A stretch of 64,000 bases of DNA from Eledone cirrhosa (Eukaryota), in contig OZ024745.1 of the NCBI GenBank assembly GCA_964016885.1, forward strand, positions 60,946,001 to 61,010,000. The letters run 5' to 3'. How positions within the stretch are numbered: position 1 is the stretch's first letter; each line of letters starts with the position of its first letter. The translations under genes and the position numbers were made by a program. Of this stretch, positions 1 through 11,796 are shown one piece after another. Under the pieces are notes generated by a model. It saw only the letters and a list, made by a program, of their open reading frames with translations, had not been told where the DNA came from and did not search any database.

Positions 1-869
1 ACCACAGTGACATAAAGATGAGGAAGGGCCTACATTTGTTTAGCCAGACTTCCTTCTTGGATTGGAGATGAAGTCTGAGTAAAGCATCACTCAACATGCC
101 CTGCATATCTCAATAGGGTAGGAGAAAAGTGACAGCCATAAATTCCCAAAACAGCATTTTGATAGAATGTTGCACCACATTCTGCATGTCCACAGGGTTG
201 TCGGCTGATAATAAAGAAGACGGGATCAGCCCTCTTCCAGCCTTGTGAAGGACATAGAAGGAGCAATGTCTGGTCAAGTGGATGGTCTATTTCAACATGA
301 AGTGAGGTTATGTGAAGTGATCAGTGAGTTGTGTAGGGTAGCGAGTCACACACTGGAAAGAACAGGGTCTAGTGACATCACATTAGTGGAAAGGATCAAA
401 TCTCTCTCTCACATACACACAGATAGGAGGGAAGGGGGGGGGGGGGGGACATTTCAAAGGGACATGTGGTGTTTTCAAAGGTTTCCTGCAACATTCTAAT
501 TTCTGACCCAGTTACACAACTAGATAGAGGGACAACCGAAGGTAAGTGATTTCATGTGTTCTGCCTCAATTCCAAACTTTTACAAAGTTAATGATATGAA
601 ACAACTAGTTTAGGTAGGTAATCCTATTCAGGTCACATATACAAACATAAGACTATGTATTTCTAACACAAAAGAATACTAAGCACTTTCATGTTTTGTA
701 CATCAAAATAAACAATGTACATACAGACACGCATGTATAAGTACATACATTTATACATAATGGCTGCAAACTTGTGTTCGAGCATTGCCATCGCCCAATA
801 AAATGCTCAAAAATGTGCGGCACAAATGTGGCTCTTTAAACCAGCCAAATACTTGCACCCTCTGGCACA

Positions 870-1110
870 CACATGGCAACTGTAGGCTCTTCTGCGACTT
901 TCCATTGCTTTGTTCTGACTGTGTGTTCCCATGCGTCTTTTAAGACCTCCCATGATTGCCACATTCCCTACACCTTTTCAGATCATAGGGTCTACATGAG
1001 GTCTACTGATGTGACTTTGTTCATGTCTAATCAAACCAACTTTTCTCAGGCAGACTCGACCACAGTGCTGGCAAACTAGATGATGCTCAACAGCAGGCAG
1101 TCCAGAAGTC
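870..1110 (-). mobile_element. Decayed LINE 3' fragment with C2H2 finger
   Basis: LVCQHCGRVCLRKVGLIRHEQSH, like the C-terminal zinc finger of RTE/Zenon-type ORF2. Confidence 0.5.
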
Positions 1111-1300
1111 TCTTCCTCACCTTCCTTTATACATACATACATACATACATACATAGGTATGTACCTATGTATGTATGTATGTATACATATATACATATAT
1201 ATACATATATACATACATGCATCATCATTGTTTAATGGCTATTTTCCACGCTAGCATGGGTTGGACAATACATACAGACAGACAGACATAGGTACATACA

Positions 1301-1635
1301 TACTCTCGGGTCCCAAATAATAGGGGAGTATTGGAAAATCGGTAATTTTTCTAAGTTATCTCCATTAAATTTCTTTAGAAACCAGAATTAGTCGTTCAGT
1401 TTACATATTAAGACCCCAACCCATCCTATTTATTATATAATGTATGAGATTTCTAGTAATATTCTTTTTTTGTTATGTATATAGTTTTGTAATGTATAAA
1501 GAAAATTAATTGTTGCAGGAATGCTACCACTTAAAATAAAATTTCGCTGAAGATAGATTAGCAAAATGGGGTGGGTTGGAAAAATCTGAAAAATTTAATA
1601 TGTAGGGGAAGATGATTATTTGAGACCCGTGTGTA
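1301..1635 (+). mobile_element. MITE family B (TA-flanked, Tc1/mariner-like TIRs)
   Basis: TIRs TACTCTCGGGTCCCAAATAAT / ATTATTTGAGACCCGTGTGTA; related copies at 35464-35803, 37562-37887, 27033-27115 and partial about 25914-25995. Confidence 0.82.
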
Positions 1636-1689
1636 CAGAGACAGACATACATAGGTGCGTATATACATATGTACATACATACAACTCAC

Positions 1690-2760
1690 ACCTAGGGAAA
1701 TTGCCAAGTAATACTGCAGTGAATCGATGGATAAAAAATTATTCATGGATATGTTGCCAGGAGACTCCAGAGTGAGAGTAATAAAAGATAAGCAAAGTAG
1801 TCTATTTTGAACAGCTATATTGGCTCCCACTTTGAAGGATACACTTTTGCAATCCAAGAGCAGGAAATCAACACAAAATACCTAATTCACAAAAGAGATA
1901 GCGATGCGGGCAAAACACCTGGATGTGACAACAAATGCAGACTTAACATCAAAGGTGTCACCCATGTCATAAGCAGCTGTCCAAAGATGTCATCCCAGGC
2001 ATGATGTAGTGGCCGAAACTCTATACAATGCTATCTGTAGAAAAATAGGCCCGACAATAAACATTAATAGTTATAGATATGTGGAAGACATAGACATACA
2101 TAATATGAAAGAATACTAATGGAATATTCCAGTTACAATCCCAATAAAATGCAAGCATAACAGACACATCCATACTTGCACACACATGCACGTATGCATA
2201 CATATCTACCTTCTTGATGTTGTCTAAATTCCAAAAGAGTCTGTTAGAAACTGACTCTCTCTATTAGTAAAAAAAATTATAAAATTATAAAACCAGAAGA
2301 ACATACATATCAACATTGCTTAAAAAAAAAAAAAAAATAAAATAATAATAATAATAACAACGATTTCTAGTATAGGCACAAGGCCAGCAATTTTGGGGGA
2401 GGGGAAAGTCGATTAAATTGACCCCAGTGTGTGACTGGTACTTTATTTTATCGACCCCGTAAGGATGAAAGGCAAAGTTAACCTTGGCGGATTTGAACTA
2501 AGAACGTAAAGGGCCATAACTCTATAATTATAGGTGCTCTGGGAATGGTAAAAAAGCACGCAGATAGATACATAACCAAAACTCTAAGACTCACAAATAT
2601 ATACAACATAAAAAATAGTACTACTAGGCACCCCACACGTATTACGAAGAGTACTCTCAATATAATGGAACAAACACCAACAAAAACCATACTGCACATA
2701 CCCAAGGTGCACAGAGCTGTGCTGAGTAATGCAGTGATAACGCGCCAAAAAATAATAATA
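1690..2760 (+). mobile_element. R4/Dong-type non-LTR retrotransposon 3' fragments (interrupted)
   Basis: EGYTFAIQEQEINTKY...KCRL...THVISSCPKM / HDVVAETLY (about 1810-2030) and IIIGALGMV...IVLLGTPHVLRRVLSI* (about 2520-2663): CCHC and restriction-like endonuclease tail. A SINE intervenes at about 2363-2525. Confidence 0.75.
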
Positions 2761-3799
2761 ATAGGAAGGAAAGCAGATGTTAAAGCAATGATGCTATACA
2801 GATGCTATACAATGATGCTATACAGATGCACATATGTAACAACAATTGGCACATATATATATTGACACATAGATTATCAGTTAAACAACAAAATCATATC
2901 TATACAGCAAAAATAAATTAAAATGACAAGAAAGAGCACAGTACTTACTAAAAAAGTATGAAATACAACAGCTGACCAGTGGTCATGAGAAACACACTAC
3001 AGTGGACATAACATGGAACCAGAATCAAATAAATCAGCGATAGTGTGGGTGTCACAAGTGTTACAAAACTCTGCGTAAACAGGAGGTAGATTACTGTGTA
3101 GAGGAGTTGAACAAGTGTCGACATTGTAACACAAGTCAACAATTAAATTTCAAAAGAAATTTACAAACCTCCAACAAACTTTTTCACATGACTTGCAGAG
3201 AAAGGAAGTTAGGAGATAAATGAAAAGAAAAAAAAATTAATAACAAAACAAAACAGAGCAGAAAGAGAACCGAGGTGTGTGGAGAAGGGGGGGGGGGGAT
3301 ATTGAATAAAAAAGAGATACAAAACAAAAAAAAAAAACATACAACAGTTCTTTTATTTTTTTAAAGGAATAATAAATTTAAAATTTACTAAAGTGGGGAA
3401 CTCCTTTCCTCTATCTGCATTCTCAAGTACTTGATGAAATCTCCTGTGTCTGTTTGTGTGAAGGTGCTGTCTGTGTGTGTGTGTATAAGCAGGATGAGTT
3501 AGACTCAGAAACTGAAACTCTGAGCCTGAGTCATCTCCAGATGTATAGTAAATCTAACCCTAGTATATTAAATCTGACTCAACGACCAGTATGGCTGTCC
3601 ACACAATATCAGTGAGTAAATGTTTGTGGTTATTTATATTTCACTAAGTCAACAACCCCAATATTAACTTTACATATATGATTATATATATATATATATA
3701 TATATATATGCATACACACACACACACATATATATACATACATCTATACACACACACATATATATATACATACACACATATATATATATATATATATAC

Positions 3800-4088
3800 A
3801 TAAATGAAGTAATTCCATCGGAAAAGTCCAGGAAAAAAGAGTGCTCTATGTATGCAACAGAGCTTAATTATTATTATTATGTAATAAACAACATAAGGCA
3901 ATTATTCCATTTACCAGTGGTTTCTTAAAAGCAAAAGGTTTTGCTTTCAATCCTCAGAATGGAAAATCCTGGTTTGTTTATTGAATATGGATTCTAAAAA
4001 CAAAAATGCAATCTATATGAAAGTGAGGCTGGAAAAGGGAGAAGGAAAGGAAAAATAAAATAAAACTACACATGCAAACACACACAAA
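3800..4088 (-). repeat. 3' pseudo-LTR of the Penelope-like element
   Basis: Direct repeat of 7801-8089, differing at 3962/7963. Confidence 0.92.
3905..3964 (-). ncRNA. Type I hammerhead ribozyme (pLTR copy 1)
   Basis: Minus strand: uuccauu CUGAGGA uugaaagcaaaa-cc-uuuugcuuuuaa GAAA ccacugg UA^ aauggaa. Stem I 7 bp, long stem II, minimal near-palindromic stem III, GUA cleavage triplet. Confidence 0.88.
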
Positions 4089-5050
4089 AAAACACAAAAG
4101 CATACTTACACACACATACATATATACACATATATATAAATGCACGCATACACATATACAAATACACATCTATATATATATATATAAAGAGCGTACACCT
4201 ACACACACATACACATATACACATACATATATTCATACATACACACACACACACACACACACACATACACACACACATATATATACACATATACATATCC
4301 ACACATATATATATATATATATACATATATACACATATACACACACACACACACACATGTGTGTGTACAAGCATACACATACACACACACATATATATAC
4401 ACACACATACATACATTCACACAAACATACACATACATGAATGCACTCCACTACATATTAACACACGCAAATAAATATAAGAAAAAAATATATAAATATA
4501 TATTAACAAATTTTTGACAGCGATACATGCCCCAGCTAACAGGACAGACACGCGTGGTAAGTAATACACACAAAAGCACATATACATACGTACGAAATAG
4601 TAAACACATACACACACTCTCACACATAAATATACATATACAAATACATAAACACGTACATACACACATATACATACATAGCTGAACAATTATACACATG
4701 CAAATACGTATATATCAAAAGAACGCACAACCAAATACAAACACACACACATACACACACCCACACACAAACCCACACATACATAAAAATAAATAAATAC
4801 ACACGCACACATATACATACATACACATACATATACACATATACATATATACATATACATACATATATATATACACATATATATATATATAAATATATAT
4901 ATATATACACACATACACGTACACATACACACATGCATACACATACACACACACATATACATGTGTGTATGTGTAAAGCTCAGTATTAGATAAGACAAAT
5001 GAACCTTACATAAGCGTATATATAGTAGTAAAGCCATACAAGGCAATTAA

Positions 5051-5108
5051 TCCATTCACCAGAGGTTTCTTAAAAGCAAAAAAAGTTTCCTTCAATCTTC
5101 AGAATGAA
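5051..5108 (-). ncRNA. Diverged third hammerhead in the Penelope 3' UTR
   Basis: uucauu CUGAAGA uugaagg...gcuuuuaa GAAA ccucugg UG aaugga. Core intact but the triplet is GUG, which violates the NUH rule. Confidence 0.7.
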
Positions 5109-5183
5109 AAAAGGCCTGGTTTATCCACATATACATACATATACACACACAAAAATATACAAATATATACACATACAGACACG

Positions 5184-5225
<42 letters not shown>

Positions 5226-5549
5226 CACATATATACAGACATATATACATATATATATATATACATATACATATATATACATACATACATATACATATAT
5301 ATACATACACAAACATATACGTAAACATATACATACGTACACATATACGTATATACACACAAAAATACATACACATACACATAGGTATGTGAAGGGCAAA
5401 ACAAAAAGAATATATGGGGGGGGGGGGCCTAAGAGGAGGTAAAAATATAAGGGGAGGTAAGGGAGAAAAAATTTTTAAATATACAAGAGTACAGAAGGTA
5501 GAAGCAGCAAGATAAAAACCGTAGCAAAAGTAAAGAGCAGAGAAGGAGT

Positions 5550-7686
5550 TCAAGGCGGTTGATTTATCGTAGGAGTGTCAATCCAGTTACAGATCAGATG
5601 CGATTTCAGATGAGGACAGCATCTGAAGATCTCAGTCTTAGAGTTAAGGCAAGCGGAAGTGTCTCTCAAGTTTAGCAAAATCCTATACTTTTCTGTGGTA
5701 CACAAAGAACAATTCTTTGTGCCCCTTTGGTACTCCCTCGAATGGTCTAATATAGACCAATCAATAGAGTACGGGATATTACTATCCTTGAGATCCCATA
5801 CCTTACTTGCGAGGGCCGTTGATGTTCGTTTATCTGAGTGTTTAAAAGAAGCGACATGTGAGTAAAATCTGGTTTTAAACCTGTCCTGGGTCATACCGAC
5901 ATATCGCTCGCTTCTGGCTGGCTGGTTGTTGATAACTGGCGTTATCTTAGCCTCATAAACGACAGATTTTGTGTTACATTTACCCTGCAATGGGCATTCA
6001 TCCGGCTTCCTGCAACTGCATCCTGGATTTATCCTCGTACGGTTTGAACTGGTGATTTTGGACTTCATGGATGGACAACAAGAGTAGCTGATCTTAACTA
6101 CATTCCTATTAAAAATCTTATAATATCTATGAATAGGAGGAAAATGTTTGTCTAATAGCTCAAGGAATTTCCTTCCTACATTAGTTTTGATATTTAGAGA
6201 GAAGGGGGGTGTGAACCAAATAATCTTCCTTTTCCTGTTGTTATGGTTAGTTTTAGGGGGGGGGGGGAGTAGGTAAATAAGAAATATTTTCTGTAAAACC
6301 GCTGTTCTTAAGGGCTTTATTATAATAAGGGGCGGCTTTATTAAAAATGTCTATAGACGAAGATAAGGTAGAAATCCTACGTCTAATGTTAGGAATAAGA
6401 TTATTAAAAACTATAGGGGGATGGCAAGACTCTTTATGTATATACCTAAGATTTTCATTAGGTTTATGATAGGGTTTAAAAGAGGCAGTAAGTAGATCAA
6501 GATTAATATCAAGAAAGTTAGCATTAGTAAGGTTCGTATCTATAGTAATTTTAAGGTTAAGATTAGCAAAGGTACTAATTAAATCTTTACGGAATTTATC
6601 AAGATTATGGCCATTAGTGGTATGAGAAACTGCTAATCCGTCATCACGGTATAAACCGATATTATAGGACGGAAATTTCTCTTTGAGTGTGTGGAGAAGG
6701 AATAATCCTACTAAGTCGCACACATCCGCACTGTCATAAGAACCCATTGCAACATCGAAAGAGTTTTCAGGGTTTGACTTTTTAACCCAAATATTATCAT
6801 TAGTAAAAAGTAAAGTTTTTCTAGCATGAAAGATAATGTCCTCTTCTAATTTGGAGATATTAATGAAGGGTCTTGCAAAATCTAAGGCTTTAGTTAATAA
6901 GGAAACAGTAATAGAAGGGTAAAAATCGACAATATCAAATTGGGTAAATCTACACTTATATTTACCTTGTATATTATTGAACCAAGAAATAACAGAGGAA
7001 GTATTTAGCCACTGTGAAAGGACAGTGTTAGTTCTAATTTGGAGAATTATTTTTCTTAAGATTTTCTTACTAGCAAGGCCAACCTCGGATTTAGCCGGGT
7101 TAATCAGTCTACAACTAGGTCGATTAGTAAAGTCCAATTTATGGTCTTTAAGGGTAATATATGCTTTACGCTTAGCTAAGCTTTCAATCCGGTTATCTAT
7201 TTGTAAAAAACTAGCTAGTTCTTTAGCTTCTTTATTGATAGTATTGTAGCTATTATTATTAGTTAATTGATATTTATTGGTAATACTATTAGTTAAAAGT
7301 TGGTTATACAAATTACTATTAACTTCAAAGAGGTTTTTGGTTTTATCAGAAAGAACGAAAGTGTTTGTAGAATTTCTAAAATTAGAGATATCGTGAGAAA
7401 GTTTAGTTTGAAAATTATTATTGTACTTACGAAATTTGATATCACTAATTAGATTAACGAGGTCTAATTCGAAGTTGGCCATGTCTTTAATTCTAGGTGG
7501 ATATTTACGGGATTTAATGTCAAAATAATCTTTAGTATCAGCACTGAATAGTCCATCGTAAACCATTGCCTTCCATCTCATTCTTTTAACGACTTGCTCG
7601 ATTTTATCAATGAGGATTTTGGTGTATGTTGTGTTGGAAGGAGTGGGTATGTTTTTGATAGAATAATCCAAATCATAAAGGTCCAT
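5550..7686 (-). CDS. Penelope-like RT-GIY-YIG polyprotein, about 710 aa, split by one frameshift in a C12 run
   Basis: RT motifs DKT, FDIVDFYPSI, VAMGS, YRDD (6253-7686). Shifting frame at G12 6256-6267 gives an open bridge KTNHNNRKRKIIWFTPPFSLNIKTNVGRKFLELLDKHFPP...KISYSCCPS into ORF 5550-6068: CSCRKPDECPLQGKC linker, then VVY..YVGMT..FKTRFYSH..CSLC..CPH (GIY-YIG). Confidence 0.9.
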
Positions 7687-7800
7687 GGTGTATGTTGGTT
7701 AAATTCCTGAAAACTGTAGAGTGCTCAACTAATCGGGCTGGAAAGTGCCAATCGTATATGTAATATAGAATATGCTGCGATCAATCCCGGTTGGAGCTGT

Positions 7801-8089
7801 ATAAATGAAGTAATTCCATCGGAAAAGTCCAGGAAAAAAGAGTGCTCTATGTATGCAACAGAGCTTAATTATTATTATTATGTAATAAACAACATAAGGC
7901 AATTATTCCATTTACCAGTGGTTTCTTAAAAGCAAAAGGTTTTGCTTTCAATCCTCAGAATGAAAAATCCTGGTTTGTTTATTGAATATGGATTCTAAAA
8001 ACAAAAATGCAATCTATATGAAAGTGAGGCTGGAAAAGGGAGAAGGAAAGGAAAAATAAAATAAAACTACACATGCAAACACACACAAA
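7801..8089 (-). repeat. 5' pseudo-LTR of the Penelope-like element
   Basis: Direct repeat of 3800-4088. Confidence 0.92.
7906..7965 (-). ncRNA. Type I hammerhead ribozyme (pLTR copy 2)
   Basis: Same as copy 1; the single pLTR difference turns a stem I C-G pair into a U-G wobble. Confidence 0.88.
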
Positions 8090-8111
8090 TATATACATAT
8101 ACATATACATA

Positions 8112-8143
<32 letters not shown>

Positions 8144-8225
8144 CATGCATACATATGCATATATATATATAGACACACACATATAGTCCTACCCTTGCAA
8201 GCAGGGAAAAGTGAAAGTAAAATGA

Positions 8226-8257
<32 letters not shown>

Positions 8258-8259
<2 letters not shown>

Positions 8260-8357
8260 AAGAGATAACAAGGAAGATTGGTTACTCCTTCATTACATTT
8301 ATTGGTTGGTGACGCGCGTTGGTGAAGGAGTAACCAATCTTCCTTGTTATCTTTTCA
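8258..8357. repeat. 35-bp inverted repeat with 30-nt loop in a small (TA)n-flanked element
   Basis: tgaagagataacaaggaagattggttactccttca (8258-8292) versus its reverse complement (8323-8357), one mismatch. Confidence 0.85.
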
Positions 8358-8464
8358 CTATAATACACTCTGTATAGCTCGACACTGAAGTGAACCTAAA
8401 CATCGAGTGCTCACCCGGGTGAACCTACAGTAATTCCAAGTTACACTTCCTGGATATATATATA

Positions 8465-10137
8465 CTAGCTGAGGTACCCAGCTTTGCCAAGGTTAACAAA
8501 TGATAAGACGACCGGCAGAAGTGAAAACGTGTATTGAATGCATTGTCTTGTTTACAGTGTGTGTGTATTGTGTGTGTATGTATATATATATGTATATATG
8601 TGTCTGTGTGTGTATATATATATGTATATATGTGTCTGTGTGTGTATATATATATGTATATATGTGTCTGTGTGTGTATATATATATGTATATATGTGTC
8701 TGTGTGTGTATATATATATGTGTGTGTGCGTGTGTGTGTGTAAACCACCGTTGGAATCGGAGACATAGGCCGCGAAACACGATCATCACTGACAACGAAC
8801 TCGCAGTGAGAATCCCTTATGGTTGATTCCCAACCTGCTAGAAATAGCAGTCAGGTTGGTTAGCATACGTGGTATGTCTTTCTTCTTTGGTGTCATAAAA
8901 TTAGTATCAATAAACTTTCCTGGATATACTCTTATCCCAATCCTGTACACACTTTCTGATTATCACTTTTCGTTTTTTTCGTGTGATACGCGAAGGAACC
9001 AACCAACAAACATCTCTCTTTTTATTATGTATAGGTGACTATATCTCTTTTATTTGTTCATTCAAAATATTTTTCAGCTAATTCTGTCGTACAATATACA
9101 TCAGCAATCGTTATCTAATGTTTAAAACATATGAATAGCTGCGATATATGCACCATATCAATCAAAAACGATATGAGAATTGAATACCATACCAGTAAGC
9201 TTGCTAAGAATGTGCTCTGATGTTGGGTTTCAATAGTTTTTAGGATTCCCCAGTTCAGCAGCCAGTACGTTAAAGAAAATTGATACTTACAACAATAAAG
9301 GTTGAACAGAGAACACATTTTTTAACAAACTTTACAATAATTTGTATAGCCATAATGGAAAATACATAAATTACATTGTTAGAGCCTCAGAGTATACAAT
9401 ATTTTTTGTTCGGCCCTCGGGAGCAAAGATGAAGAGATTGTTTGGCGAGCTCACCCTAGAGCATCCTACATACAATTGACCATGGTCTTCCCAGATGAAG
9501 GTCAGCCACTTTTGGAGTTTGACCCTGAGCTTTGTTGATGGTAATCGCGAAGCTTAGTCTCTCTGTTGCTCTAGTAACATTTTTTTCTTCTGGAAAATCT
9601 GATCTTGCGGCCAGGCTAAGACTTTTTGGGTGGCATATCGGCAGTAACAATGACGATAAGCCGTCTGTGCTTTCGTGAAATAAATATGTTTGTTTATATT
9701 TTGTTTTTGTGTATACAAAAATATCTGTACACGAATATATAATTATATATATATTAAAATAACAGATTAAAGTTTAAGCAAAGAATCGCTGCTTTCACCC
9801 TTAACGGGATCTTCTGAAACTAAAAAAAATCTATCTGTGAATGCAGAAGTAAATATTTCGAAAAACGTTACAACCGAAAGAAAACAGGAAGATGATACTT
9901 TGGTTCGTGAAGACGTTAGGAATGTTGTGTAACCGGAAGTGTTGACATTTGAAAATTTGAAAGAAGTGAATATTTAAATAATGTCTTTAATCTTTTAACA
10001 AAATTTAGTAGACGAAAATACCCTCACTTTTTTACTTGGAAAAAGTTACATCTATGGTGCAAATTTGGTGCTGTTTGGTCCAGCCGTTTGGCGGAAAGTT
10101 TGTTACCTACATACGGCTGTCAGCTTTATAGTATAGA
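8465..10137 (-). mobile_element. Non-autonomous, internally deleted Helitron
   Basis: Minus strand: A|TCTATACTATAAAG...(ccttggcaaagctggg degenerate hairpin)...CTAG|T, giving the canonical 5'-TC and 3'-CTAG ends in an AT target. Contains the Pif1 helicase C-terminus. Confidence 0.85.
9381..9562 (-). pseudogene. Helitron RepHel (Pif1 helicase) C-terminal fragment
   Basis: RLSFAITINKAQGQT...LHLGRP, frameshift, then HGQLYVGCSRVSSPNNLFIFAPEGRTKNIVYSEAL: Pif1 motifs V and VI and the typical Helitron C-terminus. Confidence 0.88.
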
Positions 10138-10765
10138 TATATATATCCATATCCAGTCCAAACTAAAGAGGTCATGTAGGGGTCATGACAAAAAAAAAAA
10201 CACACAGTCCACGCTGCAATGTGGTCGTATAGGAAACACGGTAAAAAGGCTCCCAGTCCACACTCTAAATGTAGCTGGTGTTAGGAAGGACATCCAGCCG
10301 TAGAAAACCTGCCAGATACAGTCCTATATGAGCGAGACATGGTTACCCGATCAATCTTGCCTCAAGTGGGACAATTCCTGTCTAACCCATGCTAGCGTGG
10401 AAGATAGACGTTAAACGATGATGATGATATATATACATATACATACGTATATCGTATGCAGATATAATTGTAGCCATGGAAGCTATGGAGTAGGAAGACC
10501 TAGAAAGACTTGGGATGAGGTGATAAAAGCTGACCTTGCACAAATACAGCTCTCAAAGACAATGCCCCAGGACCAAGATCTCTGGCATTATGCTGTAATG
10601 CAGAAGACCTGCCTTCCCATATGCTCAGGTTGAAGCAAATTTCTAGTACCCACTACTCTCCCATACCTCCTCCTTCCCTTCTATATACCTCCAACCCTCT
10701 ATCCACACCTCACCAGATAAGTGCCCCACTTTAGATCTACCTCTCCAACCCCCATGCACCACCTC

Positions 10766-11103
10766 AGCCCACACTGTAAAGTGGTCATGAAGGTGTTACA
10801 ACAAAAAGCACCCAGTACACACTGTAGAGTGGTCGTGCAGGTGTCACAGTAAAAAATACCCAGTCCACACTGTAGAGTGGCAGTGTAGGTGTCACAACAA
10901 AAAGCACCTAGTATACACTGTAAAGTGGTTATGTAGGTGTCACAATAAAAAGCACCCAGCCCACGCTGTAGAGTGGTTGTGTAGGTGTTACAACAAAACG
11001 CACCCAGTACACATCTGTAGAGTGGTTGTGTAGGTGTCACAACAAAAAATACCCAGCCCACACTGTAGAGTGGTCATGTAGGTGTCACAACAAAAAGCAC
11101 CTA
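10766..11103. repeat. 48-bp minisatellite, about 7 units
   Basis: Unit acactgtagagtggtYgtgtaggtgtcacaacaaaaagcacccagYcc starting at 10771, 10819, 10867, 10915, 10963, about 11011 and 11061. Confidence 0.9.
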
Positions 11104-11378
11104 GTTCATAATTGACAGACAGATAGACAGGCAGACTGGGAGACAGACAGTCAGACATACTGGGAGATAGGCAAGCTGACACAGACAGATAAAGAGGCAG
11201 GCATTTGTGAGGGCATGTATGTATGTGTGTATATTTGTACATGTATGTGTGTGCACGTCAGTATGTGTGTACTACAACAACTGGATTGAAAGATGAGCAA
11301 TATTGGTTATTTTTTAAACTTGACATAGTTATAGTTGACATCTTCAGTTTCCTGAATTACAAGGATGAGGTATATATG

Positions 11379-11409
<31 letters not shown>

Positions 11410-11796
11410 ATATATGTATGTATGCATGTATATATTCATATACATATATATAAGCGTGATCCTAGTAAGACTTTGTATTTTTGCATCCCTTTTGTTTTGT
11501 TTTATTTGTTCAACTACTACATACACACACACACATACATACAAACATACATACATACATATATATTGTATAAAAGGTGCAGCTGGATAAGTTGATAGGA
11601 TAGTTGATAGGCTGGTTGAACTAGCATATGTGAAGATTTAGTGGCCCATATTCCACCACAGCCAGTGTTTTGTCCATGGCAAAACACTTAACACTCACTG
11701 CAAATAAGTACCATGAGAAAGGAGCTACAATGATGTAGAAATGTATAATTAACAAGTGTTAGCTAGTAGTAACAGAGTTTAAATCATACTATTGGG

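Larger units (their letters stand above)
3800..8089 (-). mobile_element. Penelope-like retroelement (EN+, C-terminal GIY-YIG; probably Hydra clade), near full length with pseudo-LTRs
   Basis: Direct repeats 3800-4088 and 7801-8089 (offset 4001, one mismatch seen) flank an RT+GIY-YIG ORF. Hammerheads lie in both repeats. Both ends abut (TA)n/(CA)n microsatellite. Confidence 0.93.

Noticed and set aside
2210-3660. Hairpins and hammerhead-like words (2214-2260, 2960-3000, 3494-3535)
   Set aside because: Could not assemble both cores with three compatible stems.
3644-5553. Many 60-150 aa ORFs rich in Y/I/C/V/M or H/T (also about 8425-8826, 11223-11595, 18986-19467, 40543-40877, 43322-43790)
   Set aside because: Translations of (TA)n/(CA)n/(TG)n microsatellites, which lack stop codons; no protein signal.
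10699-11242. Cys-rich repetitive ORFs; array superficially CRISPR-like
   Set aside because: Plain 48-bp tandem repeat with no unique spacers and no cas genes; eukaryotic context.
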